A stretch of 64,000 bases of DNA, taken from the NCBI GenBank assembly GCA_029565065.1, contig JAKQOW010000095.1, forward strand, positions 5,616-69,615, in the 5' to 3' direction. The DNA comes from Acidobacteriota bacterium (GTDB lineage: Bacteria; Acidobacteriota; JAAYUB01). Both the position numbers and the translations under genes were made by a program. How positions within the stretch are numbered: the first letter of the stretch is position 1; the number at the start of each line of letters is the position of its first letter. Shown here in pieces: positions 58,121 to 64,000 of the stretch. The notes under the pieces were generated by a model, which saw only the letters and a list, made by a program, of their open reading frames with translations, made no database searches and was not told the DNA's origin.

Positions 58121-58468
58121 CTACCTCCTGCTGTCCGAAACGTAAATGGTGACGTGGCAGCCGTGCCGGCGCTCGCGGTACGCGCGGCCCATGGGGGCGG
58201 GGCGGACCCGCCGGCGCCACTTGGTCGGGCCCATGTCGACAAACGCCTGGGAGACCACCAGATGGTCCAGGCTGATGGATTCGTCCGCGTACTCGACGTT
58301 GGCGATGGCCGACTTGAGTACCTTCTCGATGTGCTTGGCCGACCGCTTCGGGGAGAAGCGCAGCCGGTTGAGAGCGTCCTCCACCGGCAGGCCGCGGATC
58401 TGGTCGATGACCAGCCGGGCCTTTTGGGCCGAACCGCGCACGTATTTTCCTACGGCTCGTTTTTCCAT
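58121..58468 (-). CDS. rplV: 50S ribosomal protein L22
   Basis: SAQKARLVIDQIRG, SAIAN, PAPMGRA. Confidence 0.97.
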   Translation of the reverse strand: MEKRAVGKYVRGSAQKARLVIDQIRGLPVEDALNRLRFSPKRSAKHIEKVLKSAIANVEYADESISLDHLVVSQAFVDMGPTKWRRRVRPAPMGRAYRERRHGCHVTIYVSDSRR

Positions 58469-58487
58469 GGCAGCATCCTCTCGCTCG

Positions 58488-58772
58488 CTACTTGGCCGCC
58501 AGCTTCTTGGCGGACTTGGAGGTGTGGCCTTTGAAATAGCGGGTCGGCGCGAACTCGCCCAGCTTGTGCCCCACCATGTTTTCCATGACGTACACGGGAA
58601 TGAACTTCTTCCCGTTGTGGACCGCGATGGTCAGTCCCACCATGTCGGGGATGACGACGGACCGGCGGGACCACGTCTTGATGACCTGTTTCTTGTCGGT
58701 GTCCCGGTTGGCGTCCACCTTCTTCGCCAGGTGCACATCCACGAACGGGCCTTTCTTGATTGAGCGGGTCAT
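58488..58772 (-). CDS. rpsS: 30S ribosomal protein S19
   Basis: [32 protein letters not shown]. Confidence 0.97.
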   Translation of the reverse strand: MTRSIKKGPFVDVHLAKKVDANRDTDKKQVIKTWSRRSVVIPDMVGLTIAVHNGKKFIPVYVMENMVGHKLGEFAPTRYFKGHTSKSAKKLAAK

Positions 58773-58789
58773 GACGAACTTCCTCCTGC

Positions 58790-59611
58790 TTACTTCCGCC
58801 GTCTGATAATGACGTTGTCGGTCCGTTTGCTGTTGCGGGTCTTGTAACCCTTGGTGGGCTTGCCCCAGGGCGTGACCGGATGGCGGCCGCCCTTGGTGCG
58901 GCCCTCGCCGCCGCCGTGCGGATGGTCGATCGGGTTCATGGCCGTGCCGCGGACGGTGGGCCGCACGCCCAGCCAGCGGGTCCGGCCGGCCTTGCCCGTG
59001 GTGATGTTGCTGTGGTCCAGATTGCCCACCTGGCCCAGGGTGGCCCGGCATTCGATCAGGATCCGGCGCAGCTCGCCGCTGGGCAGCCGGATGACGGCGT
59101 ACTTCCCTTCCTTGGCCTGAAGCTGCGCGGCGCAACCGGCGCTGCGGACCAGCTGGCCGCCTTTGCCGGGGCGCATCTCCAGGTTGTGGATGAAGGTGCC
59201 CACCGGGATGGAGCGCAGCGGCAGGCAGTTCCCCACCTGCACGTCGGCCTTCTCGCCGCTCATGACGGTGTCGCCCACCTTCAGCGTATCCGGGGCCAGG
59301 ATGTAGCTCTTGGCGCCATTGCTGTAGTGGAGCCGCGCGATATTGGCCGACCGGTTCGGGTCGTACTCGATGGCGACCACCTTGGCCGGGATGTCGTCCA
59401 TGTTGCGCTTGAAATCCACCACACGGTAGCGCTGCTTGTGGCCGCCGCCCTTGTGGCGAACGGTGACCCGGCCGATGTTGTTCCGGCCGTTGGTCCGCTG
59501 CTGGGGCTCCAGGAGCGATTTCAAGGGCTTGATCGGAGTCAGCTCCTCGAAATCCAGCGTGGTGACGTACCGGCGGCTGGGTGTGACTGGTTTATGCGTC
59601 TTGATGCCCAT
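58790..59611 (-). CDS. rplB: 50S ribosomal protein L2
   Basis: [30 protein letters not shown]. Confidence 0.98.
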   Translation of the reverse strand: MGIKTHKPVTPSRRYVTTLDFEELTPIKPLKSLLEPQQRTNGRNNIGRVTVRHKGGGHKQRYRVVDFKRNMDDIPAKVVAIEYDPNRSANIARLHYSNGAKSYILAPDTLKVGDTVMSGEKADVQVGNCLPLRSIPVGTFIHNLEMRPGKGGQLVRSAGCAAQLQAKEGKYAVIRLPSGELRRILIECRATLGQVGNLDHSNITTGKAGRTRWLGVRPTVRGTAMNPIDHPHGGGEGRTKGGRHPVTPWGKPTKGYKTRNSKRTDNVIIRRRK

Positions 59612-59635
59612 CGCTATCTTTCCTGTTTCCCGAGA

Positions 59636-59929
59636 TTAAATGTTGTCGAAATACTCGATCATCTTTTCGCCCGGCTTCAGCTTGACCAGGGCTTTCTTGT
59701 ACGCCGGCTTGTGGCCCTCGTAACGGCCCATGCGCCGCTTCTTCTGGGGCATGTTCAGGATCCGGATCGATTCGACCTTGACGTTGAACAGGCGCTCGAT
59801 GGCCGCGGCGATCTCCGGCTTGTTGGCGTCGGGATGCACCCGGAAGGCCACGAAACCGGCGTCGTTCTTGAGCGTGACCGATTTTTCGGTCAGATGGGGC
59901 TTCCTCAGGATCTGGTAGATGTCTTTCAT
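59636..59929 (-). CDS. rplW: 50S ribosomal protein L23
   Basis: [32 protein letters not shown]. Confidence 0.96.
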   Translation of the reverse strand: MKDIYQILRKPHLTEKSVTLKNDAGFVAFRVHPDANKPEIAAAIERLFNVKVESIRILNMPQKKRRMGRYEGHKPAYKKALVKLKPGEKMIEYFDNI

Positions 59930-60552
59930 TTTCCAAGGACCTCCTGGACCTGGAGGATGGCGTCCTTCGAGAAGAGCACCTTCTCGTGGTTGAGCAGGTC
60001 GACGATGTTGAGTCCCGAGCCCGTCACGTACTTGACCTTGGGAAGGTTGCGCGCGGACAGGATCGCGTTGGTGTTCTCCAGCGAGTCCACCACCAGCAGG
60101 TTGCGCGCCAGCTCCAGCGCGCCCATCACACCGAGGAACTCCTTCGTCTTGGGAGCCGGAATCTCCAGCCGGTCCACGATCACCAACTGGTTTTGGCGCA
60201 GCTTCTCGGACAGGACGGAGCAGAGCGCGCCCTGGCGTTTGCGCTTCGGGAAGGCGTAGCCGTAGTCGCGCGGCTGCGGACCGAACACGGTGCCGCCTTT
60301 CCGCCAGATCGGGTTGCGGGTCTGGCCGGCGCGGGCGCGGCCCGTGCCCTTTTGCCGCCACGGCTTGCGGTTGCTGCCGCTGACGTCGCCCCGGGTCTTG
60401 GTGGCGTGTGTGCCCCGGCGGCCGCTGGCCTGGTAGTGCCGGACCGCTTCCCAGATGAGCGTCTCCTTCAGGGGCACCCCGAAGACGTTTTCATTGAGCT
60501 CCAATTGCTCAACGGTTTCGTTCTGCAGATTTTTAACTTCCACGACTGGCAT
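59926..60552 (-). CDS. rplD: 50S ribosomal protein L4
   Basis: [24 protein letters not shown]. Confidence 0.97.
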   Translation of the reverse strand: MPVVEVKNLQNETVEQLELNENVFGVPLKETLIWEAVRHYQASGRRGTHATKTRGDVSGSNRKPWRQKGTGRARAGQTRNPIWRKGGTVFGPQPRDYGYAFPKRKRQGALCSVLSEKLRQNQLVIVDRLEIPAPKTKEFLGVMGALELARNLLVVDSLENTNAILSARNLPKVKYVTGSGLNIVDLLNHEKVLFSKDAILQVQEVLGK

Positions 60553-60565
60553 GGCTGCACTCCGC

Positions 60566-61195
60566 TTAGTTCTTCTTGATCGTGACGTAGCTGCCGGAAT
60601 AGCCCGGCACCGCACCCTTGATCAGGATGATGTTCTTCTCCGACAGAATCCGGACCACTTCCAGATTCTTCACCGTCACCCGGCTGTCACCGAGGTGGCC
60701 GGCCATCCGCATGCCCTTGATGACGCGGGACGGATAGGCCGAGGCGCCGATGGAGCCGGGCGCCCGGTGGAACATGGAGCCGTGGCTCGCGCCGCCGCCG
60801 GCGAAGTTGTGGCGCTTGATGACGCCCTGAAAACCGCGGCCCTTGCTCTGGCCGATGACGACCACCTTCTCGTTGATCTGGAAGACATCGTCGGCCTTGA
60901 TCTCCTGGCCCAGCTCGATCTCCGCCATCGCCTTGGTGGGCCGGAATTCCCGCAACACCCGGGTCGGCGCGGTGTTGGCCTTCAGGAAATGGCCGCGGCG
61001 CGGCTTGGTCACGTTCTTCACCGGCCGCTCCTCCATCAGACCCAGCTGGACGGCCTCGTAGCCGTCTTTCTCCAGCGATTTCTTCTGGACGACCACGCAG
61101 GGGCCCAGCTGTATCACCGTCACGGGAATGACCCGTCCGTCTTCGTGAAAGATCTGAGTCATGCCAAGCTTTTTGCCAATCAGTCCTTCAACCAT
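60566..61195 (-). CDS. rplC: 50S ribosomal protein L3
   Basis: [29 protein letters not shown]. Confidence 0.98.
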   Translation of the reverse strand: MVEGLIGKKLGMTQIFHEDGRVIPVTVIQLGPCVVVQKKSLEKDGYEAVQLGLMEERPVKNVTKPRRGHFLKANTAPTRVLREFRPTKAMAEIELGQEIKADDVFQINEKVVVIGQSKGRGFQGVIKRHNFAGGGASHGSMFHRAPGSIGASAYPSRVIKGMRMAGHLGDSRVTVKNLEVVRILSEKNIILIKGAVPGYSGSYVTIKKN

Positions 61196-61215
61196 CGGTC
61201 ACTCCAGCTGTTGAT

Positions 61216-61542
61216 TTATTTATGATCGGAGCCGAACGCCTTGATCTCGACGTCGATAGCCGCCGGGAGATCCATCTTCATCAACTGTTCCAGCGTTTCG
61301 GGAGTGGGTTCCAGGATGTCGATCAGCCGTTTGTGGGTCCGGATTTCGAACTGCTCGCGCGATTTCTTGTCGACGTGGGGCGAGCGGTTGACGGTGAACC
61401 GGTTGACGGTCGTGGGGAGGGGGATGGGGCCCGACACCCTGGCCCCGGTCCGGAGCGTGATGTCCACGATCTCGGCAATGGACTGGTCCAAGACCCGGTA
61501 GTCGTACGCCTTCAGACGAATCCTGATGATTTCGTTGATCAT
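61216..61542 (-). CDS. rpsJ: 30S ribosomal protein S10
   Basis: [29 protein letters not shown]. Confidence 0.98.
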   Translation of the reverse strand: MINEIIRIRLKAYDYRVLDQSIAEIVDITLRTGARVSGPIPLPTTVNRFTVNRSPHVDKKSREQFEIRTHKRLIDILEPTPETLEQLMKMDLPAAIDVEIKAFGSDHK

Positions 61543-61791
61543 ATCCTCACCAGCTCAACAAAGTTGTCGTTGTCCGTCCGACAGCCACTGCAGCCGCCGC
61601 CTCGAGCGAGCCGCGATCGGTCTCATGCTGGCACGGGGATGCCCGCCGGACCGTGCGTCAAAGTGCCCAAGGTGTGCCGCGCTGCGGTCTAACTGCCGCT
61701 TGTCAGGCCTGAAATTGGAACCGGGGGCGGTTCGTAACAGGCCTATAGTTCAAAAGGAGGTCCGAAACCTCACCTCAAAGAAAGAACCGCG

Positions 61792-61819
61792 ATTATACCC
61801 ATTGCGGAACGGAATGCAA
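61792..61819 (-). promoter_or_regulatory. Sigma70 promoter TTGCAT-N16-TATAAT for the S10 operon
   Basis: Minus-strand hexamers preceded by an A-tract (UP-like); leaves a leader of about 240 nt. Confidence 0.7.
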
Positions 61820-61859
61820 GTGTTTTTTTAACTTTTTTGTGCCGGCCGGCGGCGGGCGC

Positions 61860-63209
61860 CTACAGAAAGAATTGCGCCAGGCTGAGAAAAACCACAAAAC
61901 CGGCGATGTTCGCAGCCGTGGTGGTCACGATGCTGGATCCCTGCGCCGGGTCCAGCTTCAGCCAGTTGAGCACCAGCGGGACCAGGGCGCCGAACAGGTT
62001 CGCCGTCAGAGTGCTGAGCAGCAGGCTCACTCCCGCCAGCAGCGCCAGCGGGAGCTGGCCCGACCAGGCCAGAACCACACCGGCCAGGACCAGGCCGCAA
62101 ACCAGGCCGAGCAGCAGCCCCACGGCCAGCTCCTTGGCCAAGACCGGCAGCTCTTTCCGGTATTCCAGCTCGCCGAGAACCAGCCCGCGGACCACCACGG
62201 TGAGCGTCTGGGTGGAGGTGGTGGCGGTCATCGTCGTCAGCACGGGGATGAGCACGGCCAGCCAGACCCAGCGGTCCAGCGCATCCCAGAACAGGGCCAC
62301 CACCACGGCCCCCAGGATCGCCGTGACCAGCGTCGCGGCCACCCAGTTGAAGCGCAGCCGGACAGTCCGCAGCAGCGGGGTGAGCACGTTCTCCTCGGAA
62401 TGAATCTTGGCCAGGTGGTACATGTCCTCGGTGGCCTCCTCCTCGATGACGTCGATGACGTCGTCCACCGTGACCACTCCGAGCAGCTTGTTGTTTTCGT
62501 CCACCACCGGCACGGCCAACAGGTCGTAGTTGGCCACGAGCTTGGCCACTTCCTCCTGCGCCGTGTCGGTGGACACCCGCACCGGATCGGGAAGCATGAT
62601 GTCCTTGAGCTGGACGGCCGGCTCGGCGAACACCAGCCGGCGGAAGGAGAGCACGCCGATCAGGTTGTTGTGCTCGTCGGTGACATATACATAGAGGTAG
62701 TACTCCGACCGGAACCGGGTCCGAATGATGCGCAGCGCCTCCTCCACCGACAGGTCCTGGCCCAACGCCAGATAGTCGGTGTTCATCAGGCCGCCGGCGG
62801 TGTCCTCCTCGTAGAGCAGCATCTTCTCGAAGAACAGCCGCTTGCCCGGCGGCAGGCTGGCCAGCACCGCCGCCTTCTTCTCGTCGGTCAGGTAGCCGAG
62901 AAAGTCGGTGGCGTCATCGGCCGACAGTCGCTGGACCATCGTGGCGATCCGCTCCTCGGCGATGTCGGCCAGCAGGTCGCGGGCCATCTCGTCAGGCAGG
63001 CAGGTGATGACGCTGGCGGCGAGCCCCTCCTCGAACAGCACGCCGAGAAACTCCTCCTGCTCCTGGAAGTTGAGCCGGTGAAACACCCCGGCCAGGTCGG
63101 AGGGGTGGAGCTTGCGGACCACGTTCTTCATGTTGTCCCACGCTTTCATCATGAAGAAGCGCAGGAGGATCTTCTGGGGATGGCTCAGTTCCTCTTCGAG
63201 CTTTTTCAT
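61860..63209 (-). CDS. mgtE: Magnesium transporter MgtE
   Basis: TAGGLMN, CBS pair, LLAVPVVD, GVVTVDDVIDVIEEEATED, DPAQGS. Confidence 0.95.
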   Translation of the reverse strand: MKKLEEELSHPQKILLRFFMMKAWDNMKNVVRKLHPSDLAGVFHRLNFQEQEEFLGVLFEEGLAASVITCLPDEMARDLLADIAEERIATMVQRLSADDATDFLGYLTDEKKAAVLASLPPGKRLFFEKMLLYEEDTAGGLMNTDYLALGQDLSVEEALRIIRTRFRSEYYLYVYVTDEHNNLIGVLSFRRLVFAEPAVQLKDIMLPDPVRVSTDTAQEEVAKLVANYDLLAVPVVDENNKLLGVVTVDDVIDVIEEEATEDMYHLAKIHSEENVLTPLLRTVRLRFNWVAATLVTAILGAVVVALFWDALDRWVWLAVLIPVLTTMTATTSTQTLTVVVRGLVLGELEYRKELPVLAKELAVGLLLGLVCGLVLAGVVLAWSGQLPLALLAGVSLLLSTLTANLFGALVPLVLNWLKLDPAQGSSIVTTTAANIAGFVVFLSLAQFFL

Positions 63210-63221
63210 CGCCGCCTCCCC

Positions 63222-64000
63222 TCACGGTTTGTTCGCCGGCCGCGGGAACGACCGCATCCCGCCGTCGGCCCCGCGCACAGCCCAGTCCACCACATCCGCC
63301 TCCGCGCAGCGGATCCGGTCGCCCGCCGCGAGCGACCGGGCGAGCACCGGCTGGCTGACCACCTGGAGGTCCAGGCCGCCGTCGGGCCAGCCCACCACCT
63401 GGGCCCACAGCAGCTCGACGCCGGCGCCGGGCGCCTCCCGCCGGAACTGGACGAAACAGGCCGAACCGGCCGGCAGGCCGGCCCGGAATTCGTCCCGGAG
63501 GGCGGGTAGCGACGCCTGGACGGCCCGGAGGACGTCCGGCTGGAGCGGCTGGCCCTGCTGGATGTCGATCTGCTGGCCGAAGCCGATCAGTTGGCGCGAC
63601 AGCTCCGCCGTCCAGCGGCCCAGGTCGCCGCCCGGCTCCACCGGACCGAGCCGGACCACGGCCTCCTGCGGATCGCCCTTATCCGCTTCGCCGGCGGCCA
63701 CCGCCACGCGCACCCGATCGCCGCCGCCGGCGGCCGCCTCACTCAGCTGCACGCTCCGCGACCCCGCCGCCTGGAGGAACGCGGCAGGCAGGTCCATCGT
63801 CCGGGGGAACTCAGCCGGTCCGGCGGCGGTCAGGCTGCGCGCGATCAACGCCCCGGCCGCGCCAGCCAAGAGGTTGCGCACGGCAATGGCGTTCTCGGGT
63901 GGGTAGTCCCGCACCTCGAGCTCCGGACAGGCGAACTTGCTCATCCCCAGCGTGACCATCCGCAGGCGCCCCGGCTGGTAGGGATACTGCTGGATGAGCA
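63222..64000 (-). CDS. Hypothetical protein with DUF2314-like C-terminus (partial, N-terminus outside window)
   Basis: Frame open to the window end; TLGMSKFACPELEV and LWAQVVGW...GDRI...VVDW patterns. Confidence 0.6.
   Translation of the reverse strand, partial: LIQQYPYQPGRLRMVTLGMSKFACPELEVRDYPPENAIAVRNLLAGAAGALIARSLTAAGPAEFPRTMDLPAAFLQAAGSRSVQLSEAAAGGGDRVRVAVAAGEADKGDPQEAVVRLGPVEPGGDLGRWTAELSRQLIGFGQQIDIQQGQPLQPDVLRAVQASLPALRDEFRAGLPAGSACFVQFRREAPGAGVELLWAQVVGWPDGGLDLQVVSQPVLARSLAAGDRIRCAEADVVDWAVRGADGGMRSFPRPANKP

Overview
High-GC chromosomal window from a diderm bacterium with anaerobe-type genes; an Acidobacteriota-like lineage is my inference from gene order and content. About 46.3-61.5 kb is the complete S10-spc-alpha ribosomal protein superoperon on the minus strand (rpsJ to rplQ, including secY, adk, map, infA and rpoA), with its own promoter and no tuf/fusA in front. 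The rest holds an ECF sigma/anti-sigma pair, rpsA-ihfB-HIT, an OPT peptide transporter next to a stand-alone PqqD/RRE protein, a class II (B12) ribonucleotide reductase with tandem NrdR boxes, and a System I*-type ccm operon (CcmE CxxxY, no ccmG/H) headed by an orphan pyrK. It also has rlmN, tandem queD paralogues, def-fmt-rsmB, an orphan hypD and mgtE. Three elements stand out. (1) A five-gene operon (23.5-27.8 kb) of DUF4388/PATAN-like and roadblock-like proteins plus a Cache-HAMP membrane sensor with no output domain and no GTPase or kinase; this is the best candidate for an undescribed signalling system. (2) A divergent TonB receptor / atypical ABC transporter / methyltransferase locus (28.8-33.8 kb) whose two face-to-face promoters are both covered by one perfect GTGTTAC-N13-GTAACAC palindrome of NikR type. 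(3) A 350-bp intergenic mosaic of several unrelated 6-8-nt tandem repeat families (42.46-42.81 kb). No rRNA, tRNA, CRISPR array or transposase was seen. All product calls come from motif recognition by eye; no database searches were run.
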